DNA from: Bacillota bacterium
GTDB taxonomy: Bacteria > Bacillota > UBA4882 > UBA8346
Reading direction: 5' to 3'
Assembly: GCA_023415835.1 (NCBI GenBank)
Contig: JAEZJK010000042.1
Span: forward strand, 2,057-66,056
Length of the DNA: 64,000 bases
Part shown: positions 48,268 through 57,850 of the stretch, piece by piece
Position numbering within the stretch: the first letter of the stretch is position 1
How the letters are laid out: every line of letters begins with the position of its first letter
Notes under the pieces: generated by a model
The model's database searches: none
Told to the model about the DNA's origin: nothing
Seen by the model: only the letters and a program-made list of their open reading frames with translations
Position numbers and translations under genes: made by a program

Positions 48268-49362
48268 TTACCGGGCTTGCAGATAACCTTCGGCCGTCAA
48301 CAGTTCGGCGGATAATACTCCGCCGCCGGCAGCGCCGCGGACAGTATTGTGGGATAAAGCCACAAATTTATATTGATAAAGATGGTCTTCACGCAACCTG
48401 CCGATAGTCACTCCCATACCGTTTTCAAAATCCCGATCCAGTTTGGTTTGGGGACGGTTTTCCTCTTCAAAATATTTTAAAAACGGTTGGGGCGCGCTTG
48501 GCAATGAAAGCAGCTGCGGCTTGCCTTTAAAATTCCTCCAAAGCTCAATGATTTCTTCCTTGAAAGGTTTTTTCTCGAAATTTACGAACACCGTAGCCAA
48601 ATGGCCGTTGGTTACCGGAACGCGGATACACTGGGTGGTAATTATCGGGCCGACGGCATTGGCGATGGTAGAGCCATCGACCTTACCCCAGATTTTTAGA
48701 GGTTCTTTCTCACTCTTTTCTTCTTCGCCGCTGATGAAAGGAATTACGTTATCAATCATTTCCGGCCATTCCTTAAAGGTTTTTCCGGCGCCGGAGATTG
48801 CCTGATAAGTGCTGGCCACCACTTCTTTAGGTTTAAATTTCATTAACGGGTGAAGGGCTGGAACATAGCTTTGAATGGAACAATTGGGTTTGACTGCGAT
48901 AAAACCGTGTTTACAACCGAGGCGTTTCCGCTGGGCTTCGATTATTTGAAAATGTTCCGGATTGATCTCCGGAATGACCATCGGGACGTCCGGAGTCCAG
49001 CGATGGGCGGAGTTATTGGAGATAACCGGAATATCCGCTTTGGCGTAATCCTCTTCCAGTTTTTTGGTTTCTTCTTTGGGCATATCAACGGCACAACAGA
49101 CAAAGTCAACTTCTTGAGACACTTTCTCGATAGCGGCAGCGTCGAGAACGGTTAATTTGGCGACTTGTTCGGGGATCGGCATATCCATAACCCAGCGTTC
49201 CCCAATGGCTTCTTGATACATTTTACCGGCTGAACGCGGGCTAGCTGCCACCGTAACCACCTCAAACCAGGGATGGTCCGCCAAGAGCGCTATAAAACGT
49301 TGGCCTACCATTCCGGTTGCTCCCAAGATTCCAACACGTAATTTTCTTTCCATCTCTTTCAC
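48268..49362 (-). CDS. asd: Aspartate-semialdehyde dehydrogenase (archaeal/Gram-positive long type)
   Basis: VGILGATGMVGQRF, KPNCSIQ (active-site Cys), YQAISGAG, SHNTVRGAAGG. Confidence 0.9.
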   Translation of the reverse strand: MKEMERKLRVGILGATGMVGQRFIALLADHPWFEVVTVAASPRSAGKMYQEAIGERWVMDMPIPEQVAKLTVLDAAAIEKVSQEVDFVCCAVDMPKEETKKLEEDYAKADIPVISNNSAHRWTPDVPMVIPEINPEHFQIIEAQRKRLGCKHGFIAVKPNCSIQSYVPALHPLMKFKPKEVVASTYQAISGAGKTFKEWPEMIDNVIPFISGEEEKSEKEPLKIWGKVDGSTIANAVGPIITTQCIRVPVTNGHLATVFVNFEKKPFKEEIIELWRNFKGKPQLLSLPSAPQPFLKYFEEENRPQTKLDRDFENGMGVTIGRLREDHLYQYKFVALSHNTVRGAAGGGVLSAELLTAEGYLQAR

Positions 49363-49778
49363 CCCGTATTTAAAATAACTTAAGGAATTTTTTTATATAT
49401 AACATATTTGCCGCCAAAATACAACTGCTATTAGGTAAATTCGATTGTTTTAACTATTAAAGGACTGGAAACAGGATTGATTGATAGTTATCCCCGAAGC
49501 GCCTCTATTCAAAAAAGGATCTGAAATTGATAAGGTTTCAAAGGATTAGCCGGTTAATTTAAGCGGGGGGTGGCAGTTTTATTTCCCCTTTTCGTGGTAT
49601 TCCGCGTGTTGCGCCATCCACCAGGCTTTACCTTGAAAAGCTTCACAGAGGGATGGGCGAAGTTTTGCCGTATATTTTAGTATTGATTTATTTCAATAGG
49701 CATCTTTTTTTGCTATAATAAAGCAATCCGGGGTACTTTCAGAGTATTGAAGCTATGATTAATATAAAGGGGAATTTG

Positions 49779-50933
49779 ATGGAGATCATATCCATATTAC
49801 AAGTCGAATCTTATCAGAATGGTTTAGCTGACCAAATTGAAAAGCTTTTGGAGCCATTGGGTGGACTTGGTTCTTTTTGTAAACGCGGCGACCGGGTTTT
49901 CCTAAAACCCAACTTTTTAATGCCTAAAACAGCAGAAAGCGCAGTGGTTACTCATCCGGCGTTAATTCTGGCGCTGACGCGGCTATTGATCGATCAAGGT
50001 TGTCAAGTGGCGATCGGGGATAGTCCCGGAATGGGCAGCGCCGAGGCTGTACTCAGAAAAATGGGGATTCTCGAAGAATTAACCAGGTGCGGAGCAAAGA
50101 TTGTCGAATTTGAAAAGAGAGTTTCTTGGAAACAGTTTAGCAAAGCCCCAACCTTGGAGCGGAGATTTAAAAATTTAGAATTAGCCGGAGAGCTGATTGA
50201 CTACGATAAAGTGATTAACCTGCCGAAATTGAAATCCCACGGGCAAATGGGCATCACTTTAGCCACCAAAAACCTCTTTGGTTGTGTGGTCGGACATGCG
50301 AAAGGCCGGTGGCATTTTGTCGCCGGCCGCGATTTACATGCTTTTGCCCGGATTTTAGTGGAGATAGCTTTGACGGTAAATTCCACCTTACATATTTTAG
50401 ACGGGATTGTCGGTATGGACGGGAACGGACCCTCCAGCGGCCGGCCCAGGAAAATTGGTTTATTGTTGGCGGGCGTCAATCCGGTGGCTTTAGACCGGGC
50501 GGTAGTGGAGCTTATCGGGAAAAACCCGGATCAGTTTCCAATCTTCGCGGCAGCCCGAGAAATGGGCGTGCCTGGGGTTGATTTAAACCAAATTGATATA
50601 AAAGGTGGAACCATAGCCGAGCTTCAGGTTTCCGATTTTGAGATTCCGAAGCGAGTGGAGTTGGATCGGTTTAGCAATCAATTATTAAGCAAAGCGTATC
50701 GACGGTTAATCGGGCAAAAATTAGCCATCGATTATCAAACCTGCATCAAGTGCGGCAAATGCCAAGAACACTGCCCGGCTGGCGCTATTAGTATCCGGAA
50801 ACGGGTCAAGATTAAAGAAGGAAATTGTATTAAATGCTGTTGTTGCCAGGAGTTTTGTCCGGTGGGGGCGATTGCGTTGCAAGATGTGTGGACTGCCAAA
50901 GTATTGAGAAAAATTACGATGCGGCTTTCATAA
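49779..50933 (+). CDS. DUF362-domain protein with a C-terminal 2x[4Fe-4S] ferredoxin domain
   Basis: DUF362-like core and C-terminal CIKCGKCQEHCP / CIKCCCCQEFCP motifs. I prefer the ATG at 49779 after AAGGGGA over the track start at 49755. Confidence 0.75.
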   Translation: MEIISILQVESYQNGLADQIEKLLEPLGGLGSFCKRGDRVFLKPNFLMPKTAESAVVTHPALILALTRLLIDQGCQVAIGDSPGMGSAEAVLRKMGILEELTRCGAKIVEFEKRVSWKQFSKAPTLERRFKNLELAGELIDYDKVINLPKLKSHGQMGITLATKNLFGCVVGHAKGRWHFVAGRDLHAFARILVEIALTVNSTLHILDGIVGMDGNGPSSGRPRKIGLLLAGVNPVALDRAVVELIGKNPDQFPIFAAAREMGVPGVDLNQIDIKGGTIAELQVSDFEIPKRVELDRFSNQLLSKAYRRLIGQKLAIDYQTCIKCGKCQEHCPAGAISIRKRVKIKEGNCIKCCCCQEFCPVGAIALQDVWTAKVLRKITMRLS

Positions 50934-50953
50934 ATATCAGGAGGTTATCGAAA

Positions 50954-51988
50954 ATGGGAGAAGAGCTAATTAACGGTAAGGAGTTTGCGGTCCTGGGATT
51001 GGGCGAGGTTCTGTTAAGGCTTTCACCGCCTAATAAAGAAAGGATCTTGGCTGGGGAGGTTTTTGAAAAAATGGCCGGCGGTTCGGAGCTAAATGTAGTC
51101 TCCGGAATTTCTTTATTAGGGTTAAGGACCGGAATCATTACTAAGCTTCCTCAGAATGAAATCGGAAAATATATAAAAAACAAGATCCGCTTCAGCGGAG
51201 TCAGTGACGATTATATTATTTACGATTCTTCACCCCAATCCCGGCTTGGTATTTACTATTATGAAAGCGGAGCCGCGCCCCGAAAACCGACCGTGGTTTA
51301 TGACCGTCAAAATTCTTCGGTGACAACCCTTAAACTGGAGGAAATCCCTGCTGAGGTTTATCGGAAAACCGCCGCCTTTCATGTCAGCGGCATTACCTTG
51401 GCGCTCGGTGGCGCGGTGCGGGAAACAGGTTTGGAAATGGTAAAGAGATTTAAGGAGAATGGCTGCTTAATCTCTTTTGATGTTAATTACCGGGCCACCC
51501 TTTGGAGCGAGAGTGAGGCCAAGGCCGAAATTAGCAAGATTTTACCGTTGATCGATATTTTATTCATTTCCGAAGAAACCTCACGGAAGATGTTTCAAAA
51601 ACAAGGCTCACTAAAAGATATTATGCGGGGTTACACTGAAGAATACGGTTGCCGGCTAGTAGCCACTACCCAAAGGCTGGTGCTGAGCCCTACCAAACAT
51701 ACCTGGAACTCTATTATTTATTCCTGCATAGAAGACCGGTTTTATGAAGAAGAGCCATATCAAGAAATTGAGGTAGTCGACAGGATTGGGAGCGGGGACG
51801 CCTATTTGGCGGGAGTGCTATTCGGTTTACTCAAGTATGACAATGTACAAACAGCTTTAGAGTTCGGCAATGCCATGGCAGCGATGAAAAATACGATATC
51901 CGGGGATATGCCGGTCAGCGATTTCCAGGAGATCTCCAAAATGATCCGGGATCATCAGTCGCATAATACGAGCGAGATGAATCGGTAA
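50954..51988 (+). CDS. PfkB-family sugar kinase (2-keto-3-deoxygluconate kinase-like)
   Basis: GGSELNV and the C-terminal DRIGSGDAYLAGVLFG motif. I prefer the ATG at 50954, 8 nt after CAGGAGG, over the overlapping track start at 50834. Confidence 0.85.
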   Translation: MGEELINGKEFAVLGLGEVLLRLSPPNKERILAGEVFEKMAGGSELNVVSGISLLGLRTGIITKLPQNEIGKYIKNKIRFSGVSDDYIIYDSSPQSRLGIYYYESGAAPRKPTVVYDRQNSSVTTLKLEEIPAEVYRKTAAFHVSGITLALGGAVRETGLEMVKRFKENGCLISFDVNYRATLWSESEAKAEISKILPLIDILFISEETSRKMFQKQGSLKDIMRGYTEEYGCRLVATTQRLVLSPTKHTWNSIIYSCIEDRFYEEEPYQEIEVVDRIGSGDAYLAGVLFGLLKYDNVQTALEFGNAMAAMKNTISGDMPVSDFQEISKMIRDHQSHNTSEMNR

Positions 51989-52119
51989 AGACCGTTGACG
52001 TTGTTTTTCGAGTCTTCATCGCCGTTGAAAAATTTGATTTAGTATATTAAAAAGGATGAAGCAAGACCGGATCGGTTTGGCAATACGATTTATATTAAAA
52101 TGATATAACGTGATCAGAG

Positions 52120-52152
52120 AACTTGGTAAACGCCAAGTTTTTCTTTTTTATT
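52120..52152 (+). terminator. Intrinsic terminator after the kinase gene
   Basis: AACTTGG-TAAACG-CCAAGTT followed by TTTCTTTTTTATT. Confidence 0.7.
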
Positions 52153-52420
52153 GAGCTATCCGATATGAAAAAGTTGAAACACATATCCAATAGAAAGAGA
52201 GGATAGAGCAATTTCTGTTTTTATTGGTGGGTCGTTGGTAGGATCCAACTCGGAGTATATGTTTCCCGTTTTTGGGGGGGCGGAAGATCCGTAAGTATTT
52301 CACCTGGGTGATTGGATTGGGGATTGCGGTAATTTGTTGGGACTTAATTAGCAAGATTTGGTTTTGACAAGGGTTGATTTTACAATTTTCTTACTTTGGT
52401 GAGGGCATAAACGTTAAATT

Positions 52421-52456
52421 AACAATACAAGCTGCCATAAGGCAGCTTGTATTGTT
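52421..52456. terminator. 16-bp perfect hairpin downstream of the minus-strand membrane-protein gene
   Basis: AACAATACAAGCTGCC-ATAA-GGCAGCTTGTATTGTT. No clean U-tract on either strand, so the terminator function is uncertain. Confidence 0.4.
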
Positions 52457-52498
52457 ACTCTTCATATAGATGTTTGTATAATTTTTCCTATCTCTTTA

Positions 52499-53521
52499 TT
52501 AATGTTCAATCTTGCGAATGAAACCGACAAGCAGTTCCCTAAGGTTTTCATCCGTATCCTTAGCCGGGACAGTTAGCGAGATAGCGTTCATTTTCTTGCC
52601 TAGCAAAGGATAAGCCGGTGTGATTTCAGGAGTGGCGATAATTTCAACCGGGATCGATTTTGTTTGGGCTACTTCGGTAAGGATTTCTTTCAGCAAGGGG
52701 CTTCCGGGTTGGGGTAGAAATCCTTCTTGACTGATGATCCCGATCTGTTGCCGGTTTTGTTCAACCAGATTTAATCCATAGGTTGGGTTTTCATTTTTAA
52801 ATATTGCCGGGAGTTTTTGGACGCCCGAATTCAATGATTGCGCCCCGGTGAAATAAATGATCACCGTGGTAATACTGGGACGAAACCTAAGCAAAATCGA
52901 GGCCGTTTCCAATAAAGCTTTACAACCGTTTAATCCGGAGGGATGTCCGGAGGCTTGTTTCGGTAAAATAAATAACCCTAATAACACCAGTAACGGCAGG
53001 AAAGACCAGAGCGTCAACCAGTGAAGCTTGAGAACCATAGCGAGCAACTGCAATACCGGGAGGGCCAAGCCGATGCAGATGGTCAAAAGCCAATACAATT
53101 GCGGCTTTAAGCCTAACGGGGCGGGTATAAAAGCGCTGGTATCATAAGCGGCGGTCAATACCACCTTTTGAGTTTCTTTACTTTTGGCCGGAATAGTTAA
53201 CACGATATTTTCGGCTTCCCCGGATTTAACTTTCGCCAGGTTCGGCCATCTAATCTCACCTAAGAGAAGCAGCCAAAAGACAACCTGGAGGGCTAATCCC
53301 AGTTGGGGAAGGTAAAGGCCGATTATGATCGCCGCCAAGCTTCCCAGCCCAAATACAAGTAGGCTGGTTTGTAAATTAAACACCTTAATCTTGTCGGTGA
53401 CAGCTTCAAGGTTCATTACGGACGTTTGGCCGACAATAGCTTGAGCCACTTTGGTCGCCGCGGCGGAGCCGCTTCCCCGTTCCGGGTAACCCTGGCTAAG
53501 TTCTTCAAAAGTATTAGGCAC
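52499..53521 (-). CDS. Membrane protein with a degenerate M28-peptidase-like fold interrupted by a TM block
   Basis: GEAENIVLTIP...VVLTAAYDTS, GHPSGLNGCKALLETASIL and IYFTGAQSLNSG resemble M28 motif blocks (AHxDS, GAxDNxSG, GAEExGLxGS) but with the metal ligands replaced. There are several TM helices. Confidence 0.5.
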   Translation of the reverse strand: MPNTFEELSQGYPERGSGSAAATKVAQAIVGQTSVMNLEAVTDKIKVFNLQTSLLVFGLGSLAAIIIGLYLPQLGLALQVVFWLLLLGEIRWPNLAKVKSGEAENIVLTIPAKSKETQKVVLTAAYDTSAFIPAPLGLKPQLYWLLTICIGLALPVLQLLAMVLKLHWLTLWSFLPLLVLLGLFILPKQASGHPSGLNGCKALLETASILLRFRPSITTVIIYFTGAQSLNSGVQKLPAIFKNENPTYGLNLVEQNRQQIGIISQEGFLPQPGSPLLKEILTEVAQTKSIPVEIIATPEITPAYPLLGKKMNAISLTVPAKDTDENLRELLVGFIRKIEH

Positions 53522-53621
53522 TGTTTCAATTCCCCTTTTTTAATCAATATTTTGCTTGTATTTTTCGACTGTTAAAGGTAAAATCCTACCTAAAGCTAAT
53601 AATTTATAAAGGAATGATCTC

Positions 53622-54860
53622 ATGTTCCATCCGGCGGTTAACATTTTACTTACTTTCATTTTGATTATAATTTTATTGCGCCAAAAAGTCCAGACCGGAT
53701 GGGTGATGCTCAGCGCCGGAATCCTATTGGGGATTTTATTTAAGGTCGATTTGAATGGCCAACTATTAACTTTGAAACGGGCAATAATCAGCCCGGTCTT
53801 TCTCCAACTAGGCGTAGCTTTAAATATTATCATGTTTTTAGAACATGTGATGCGAACTAAAGGGTATTTAAGCAAAACTGTGGCTGCCTTGAAGGAGCTA
53901 ATCCCCAGCCCTAAAATAAACCTGATGATTTTACCGGCCTTTTTAGGATTGTTGCCTTCTCCGGGCGGAGCTGTGTTTTCCGCCCCGATGGTAGCGGAAG
54001 CCGGAAAAGGGCTGCCTTTATCGCCGGAGGATCATAGTTTGATAAATTACTGGTTCCGGCATGTTTGGGAATTTTTTATCCCCTTATATCCGGGAGTAAT
54101 TTTAGCCTCTCAGATACTGGAAGTACCCGTCGGTAAACTTTCTTTAATGATGTCTTGGTTTTTCGTCGTCGCTGTTATTCTCGGTTATTTTTTATATATC
54201 CGCAAGATTGAAATCCCTGCGGGGATGAAAGAGGCGGCCGCTACCACTACTTCCATTGCCGTTATACATAACGCCTTGCTTGACTTATGGGCCGGGATCT
54301 GGCCGGTGGTGGTTATTGTTTTGACTGTTTTAATTTTCAGGACCGATGTTGGCTTGACGGTAATCGCAGTCTTAATTTTACTATTGGTAAGCAATCGTTA
54401 CCGGATTCCGGATTTGAAAGAACTCTGGAAAGAATCTTTTAGTTTGTCAATCGTGTTCTTAATCGCCGGGATTCTCTTTTTCAAAGAAATGCTTGTTACT
54501 TCGGGAGTGATCGCCTGGATGCCGGAATATTTAAAAAGCTTAGGCGTTCCCGACCTTTTGGTATTAGTTAGCTTGACTTTCTTTGTGGCTTTTGCCATTG
54601 GGCTCTCTCAAGGTTATGTGGCGGCGACTTTTCCACTGTTAATCGGGCTGATCGGTACGGGTCAACAGCTAAACCCGGGAGCTTTGGTACTGGCATATAT
54701 GAGTGGTTTTGTCGGGATAATGCTTTCTCCGGTTCATTTGTGTTTGTTTTTAACCGTCGATTATTTCAAGGCTGATTTAATTAAGGTTTGGCGGAGGGTA
54801 GTTTTTCCAGAGATAGTTAGCCTATTATTTGCTTTTTTATTTGCCTTGATTTGGAAGTGA
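53622..54860 (+). CDS. DUF401-family polytopic membrane protein (putative transporter)
   Basis: PAFLGLLPSPGGAVFSAPMV and INYWFRHVWEFF match my recollection of DUF401/TIGR00529. About 10-12 TM helices. Confidence 0.65.
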   Translation: MFHPAVNILLTFILIIILLRQKVQTGWVMLSAGILLGILFKVDLNGQLLTLKRAIISPVFLQLGVALNIIMFLEHVMRTKGYLSKTVAALKELIPSPKINLMILPAFLGLLPSPGGAVFSAPMVAEAGKGLPLSPEDHSLINYWFRHVWEFFIPLYPGVILASQILEVPVGKLSLMMSWFFVVAVILGYFLYIRKIEIPAGMKEAAATTTSIAVIHNALLDLWAGIWPVVVIVLTVLIFRTDVGLTVIAVLILLLVSNRYRIPDLKELWKESFSLSIVFLIAGILFFKEMLVTSGVIAWMPEYLKSLGVPDLLVLVSLTFFVAFAIGLSQGYVAATFPLLIGLIGTGQQLNPGALVLAYMSGFVGIMLSPVHLCLFLTVDYFKADLIKVWRRVVFPEIVSLLFAFLFALIWK

Positions 54861-54926
54861 AACGCAGGATTTGACGGCAGGAGGGCGAATTATAGGCCAT
54901 AGATAAGGCCGGAGGTAAGGTGGAAG

Positions 54927-55421
54927 ATGGTAATACTTGGAATTGACCCTGGAACGGCTATTACCGGATACGGTCTCGTTGCCAAGCAAGGGAATCATTT
55001 GAAACGAATCGCTTTCGGAGCAATACGGACTACTCCGGAAACACCGACTGCCCTTCGTTTGCAACAGATATCACAGGAACTCAAATCGATCATTAAACAA
55101 TACCAACCGGATGTAATGGCGGTTGAACAATTGTTTTTTAATAAGAATGTCCGGACTGCGCTGGCGGTGGGACAGGCCAGGGGAGTGGTATTACTCTGCG
55201 GAGCAGAAGCCGGTTTGGATATTATCGAATATACTCCCTTACAGGTAAAAATGGCGGTGGTAGGTTACGGAAGGGCGGAAAAGAAGCAGGTCCAGGAGAT
55301 GGTCAGGATGTTGCTTTGCCTAAGCGAGATTCCCAAGCCGGATGACGCCGCTGATGCCTTGGCTATCGCCATTTGCCACGCGCACTCGGAAAAACAGTTA
55401 GCGGTATTCAGTAAACAATAA
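54927..55421 (+). CDS. ruvC: Holliday junction resolvase RuvC
   Basis: ILGIDPGTAITGYG, AVEQLFF, DAADALAIAICH. Confidence 0.93.
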   Translation: MVILGIDPGTAITGYGLVAKQGNHLKRIAFGAIRTTPETPTALRLQQISQELKSIIKQYQPDVMAVEQLFFNKNVRTALAVGQARGVVLLCGAEAGLDIIEYTPLQVKMAVVGYGRAEKKQVQEMVRMLLCLSEIPKPDDAADALAIAICHAHSEKQLAVFSKQ

Positions 55422-55550
55422 ATAGTTAACAAGTGAATTGAAATCGACGAGCAGTGAATAATTAATTAATTCTACTAGAGAGAATTATCGGCAAATTAAT
55501 AGGTTCTGGATGAGAAAGTTTTTGATAATAGCGTAAGCTAAATAAAAAAC

Positions 55551-55607
55551 CCTGTTAATCCTTTTAAAAGCCTTATTTTAGACAGGATTAACAGGATTAA
55601 CAGGATT
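55551..55607 (+). repeat. Repeat B copy 1: tandem GGATTAAC 9-mers with an upstream inverted arm
   Basis: CCTGTTAATCC - 16 nt - TTAGACAGGATTAACAGGATTAACAGGATT. The core is shared with 58481-58511. Confidence 0.65.
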
Positions 55608-55690
55608 TTTAAAATCAACAATTATCACAGCCAATTAATCGGACAGAAAGTGCAACTAATAACTGTTCTCTGTAGAAGTGGAGGTTCCTA

Positions 55691-56293
55691 ATGATTGCTA
55701 CCCTAACCGGTAAAGTAGCCGATGTTGGAGGGGAAAGTTGTATCATCGACGTTAACGGGGTCGGTTACCGGGTGCTAATGCCGTTGCCGGCTTTGGAAGC
55801 TTTGAGCCGGACAAACGAACCGGTAAAAATACATACCCATTTTCACCTGCGTGAAGACGGGGCGAATCTTTTTGGTTTTTTAAACCTTGAAGACAAATCG
55901 ATTTTTGAGAAAATCATCGGGGTCTCCGGGATTGGCCCTAAAACGGCCCTGGCTATTTTGAGCAATGTTAGCGGCGATAGTTTCCGGGAAGCGATTGAGA
56001 ACGAAGACCATTGGGTATTAACCGCTGTTTCCGGGGTGGGTTTAAAAACAGCGCAACGGCTCATCCTGGAGTTAAAAGGAAAGTTAGGCCGGATTACCGG
56101 GAGCGGGAGCGAAGGCCAAAAAGGGGTTTCCCGATATGTGAGCGTAACCGGGGATGCGGTGGACGCTTTGATCGCTCTGGGTTATCCTCAAAAAGAGGCG
56201 GCGGCGGCGGTGGATTCCGTTTATCAGCAGGATGCCGGGCTTACCACCCCAGAAATGGTCCGCCGGGCGTTGCGGAATTTAGGCAGGAAATAG
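55691..56293 (+). CDS. ruvA: Holliday junction helicase subunit RuvA
   Basis: MIATLTGKV...VNGVGYRV, with HhH motifs GVSGIGPKTALAIL and VSGVGLKTAQRLILELK. Confidence 0.93.
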   Translation: MIATLTGKVADVGGESCIIDVNGVGYRVLMPLPALEALSRTNEPVKIHTHFHLREDGANLFGFLNLEDKSIFEKIIGVSGIGPKTALAILSNVSGDSFREAIENEDHWVLTAVSGVGLKTAQRLILELKGKLGRITGSGSEGQKGVSRYVSVTGDAVDALIALGYPQKEAAAAVDSVYQQDAGLTTPEMVRRALRNLGRK

Positions 56294-56309
56294 CAGGGAA
56301 AGGTAACCA

Positions 56310-57344
56310 ATGGAAGAAGAACGGATTATCAGCGCTTCGAAACAAGATATTGATTTTGAAGGCGAGTTTAACCTTAGGCCGCGAAATTTTGCCGAATACA
56401 TTGGGCAGGCCCGGGTTAAGGAAAACCTGGGAATTTATATTCAAGCCGCCAAGTCCCGCCGGGAATCATTGGATCATGTATTGCTCTACGGGCCGCCCGG
56501 GCTCGGTAAAACTTCACTAGCGCATATCATCGCCAATGAACTTCAAGTAAACCTGCGGATTACTTCGGGGCCAGCCATCGAGCGGCCGGGAGATTTGGCG
56601 GCGATCTTGACCAATTTGGAACCCAAGGATGTGCTGTTCATCGATGAAGTACACCGGCTCAACCGCAGCGTTGAAGAGGTGCTCTATCCGGCGATGGAGG
56701 ATTATGCCCTGGATATCATCATCGGAAAGGGACCCAGCGCCCGTTCAGTCCGGATTGATTTGCCCCGGTTTACCTTGGTCGGGGCCACTACCAGGGCTGG
56801 TTCGCTCACTGGGCCGCTGCGCGATCGTTTTGGGATTATTAATCGGTTGGAGTTTTACGAAACCGAAGATTTACAAGAGATCGTCACTCGTTCGGCTGCA
56901 ATTTTAAATATTGCAATTGAGCAGTCAGGAGCCAGGGAGATTGCGGGACGTTCCCGGGGAACGCCACGGATCGCCAACCGGCTTTTAAAACGGGTGCGCG
57001 ATTTCGCTCAGGTCAAAGCATCGGGGGATATTACCGCTGCCGTAGCCGATCAAGCTTTGCAAATGATGGAAGTGGACCGTTTGGGATTAGACCGGATTGA
57101 CCGGACAGTTCTCTTGACGATTATTGATAAGTTCGATGGCGGTCCGGTGGGTTTGGATACGATTGCCGCCTCGATTGGCGAAGAATCGGAGACTATTGAG
57201 GATGTTTACGAACCGTTCCTGCTTCAGATCGGTTTCATCAACCGGACGCCCCGGGGACGGGTTGCCACTCGGCTGGCGTATGAGTATTTTAATCGTCCGT
57301 TCCGGAATAGTCAGGTTCAAAATGGACTGTTTGAACAAGAATAG
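56310..57344 (+). CDS. ruvB: Holliday junction helicase subunit RuvB
   Basis: [43 protein letters not shown]. Confidence 0.95.
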   Translation: MEEERIISASKQDIDFEGEFNLRPRNFAEYIGQARVKENLGIYIQAAKSRRESLDHVLLYGPPGLGKTSLAHIIANELQVNLRITSGPAIERPGDLAAILTNLEPKDVLFIDEVHRLNRSVEEVLYPAMEDYALDIIIGKGPSARSVRIDLPRFTLVGATTRAGSLTGPLRDRFGIINRLEFYETEDLQEIVTRSAAILNIAIEQSGAREIAGRSRGTPRIANRLLKRVRDFAQVKASGDITAAVADQALQMMEVDRLGLDRIDRTVLLTIIDKFDGGPVGLDTIAASIGEESETIEDVYEPFLLQIGFINRTPRGRVATRLAYEYFNRPFRNSQVQNGLFEQE

Positions 57345-57434
57345 ACTTTAAACTTTTAGATAAATTAGTGGTGTGAAAAAGTGAATGGATGTAAAGCGTT
57401 TTGTTAAGAGAGGAAGTGGGGAACTTAAGAGGAA

Positions 57435-57664
57435 TTTGCCGAATTGGCTGATGCTCCGTGAAAAGTGGCACATTGCTGCGTTGCTTGGTCGCTCTAACTG
57501 GTTGTAGGCTCTGTGGGTCCTTGGCGGATCGTTTCAAGTGAAACGACCGCTTGGTACTCAACGTACATCAAGTACGCCTCAGTTCCTCGCTCCCGGCGCG
57601 CCTTGCACTGTTCCCCTTTTGACTGAGCGAATGAGTAAACTGAAAGTTCAGCCAATTCGGCAAA
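57435..57664 (+). ncRNA. Candidate ~230-nt rod-shaped (6S-like) structured RNA
   Basis: A 17-bp perfect closing helix: TTTGCCGAATTGGCTGA (57435-57451) with TCAGCCAATTCGGCAAA (57648-57664). It is extended by the nested helices UGCUC/GAGCG, AAAAG/CUUUU, GG/CC, ACA/UGU, UGC/GCA, GCGUUG/CGGCGC, AACUG/CAGUU and AGGC/GCCU. An internal bubble has CUUGGUCGCUCU opposite CCUCGCUCC. The apical hairpin is GCGGAUCGUUUC-AAGU-GAAACGACCGC. G-U pairs favour the plus strand. The 506-bp gap holds no credible ORF. Confidence 0.45.
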
Positions 57665-57850
57665 GGTTCACCCCAGCGCATTCGGGCAATAGCGCTGGCT
57701 CTTAGGTACTGACTTAACTGATAAAAATGATAGTTTGGATGTTTTCGGTTATTTACAATTAACGAAAGCTTTTAGGTGTATAAGTAGAAAATCCTTACTG
57801 AGCCGATGGTCATGACTTTGTGATGTTAAATCATTGTTAGGCGGTGAATT

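Noticed and set aside
48051-48407. 118-aa plus-strand ORF spanning the RNA candidate and the asd 3' end
   Set aside because: It is antisense to asd, basic and low-complexity, and crosses the asd terminator hairpin.
49363-49754. Possible lysine (L-box) riboswitch in the long asd 5' region. The minus strand reads AUAGAGGCGCUUCGGGG about 130 nt upstream of the start.
   Set aside because: Only the first ~10 nt resemble the L-box start. The remaining conserved helices and motifs are missing and the distance to the start is too short. A CGCCCAUCC/GGAUGGCG helix further upstream is also unconvincing alone. The 390-bp leader remains unexplained.
52150-52420. Possible small membrane-protein gene or pseudogene (…KIRKYFTWVIGLGIAVICWDLISKIWF) next to a G7 homopolymer
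   Set aside because: There are only ~31 codons from a weak TTG and no RBS, and neighbouring frames are broken. It could be a remnant, but I cannot support a call. The 68-aa minus-strand track ORF here is also unconvincing.
55578-55607. CRISPR array or other long tandem array
   Set aside because: There are only three 9-bp units per locus with no spacers. No repeat-spacer periodicity of 25-40 bp exists anywhere in the window, and no cas genes are present.
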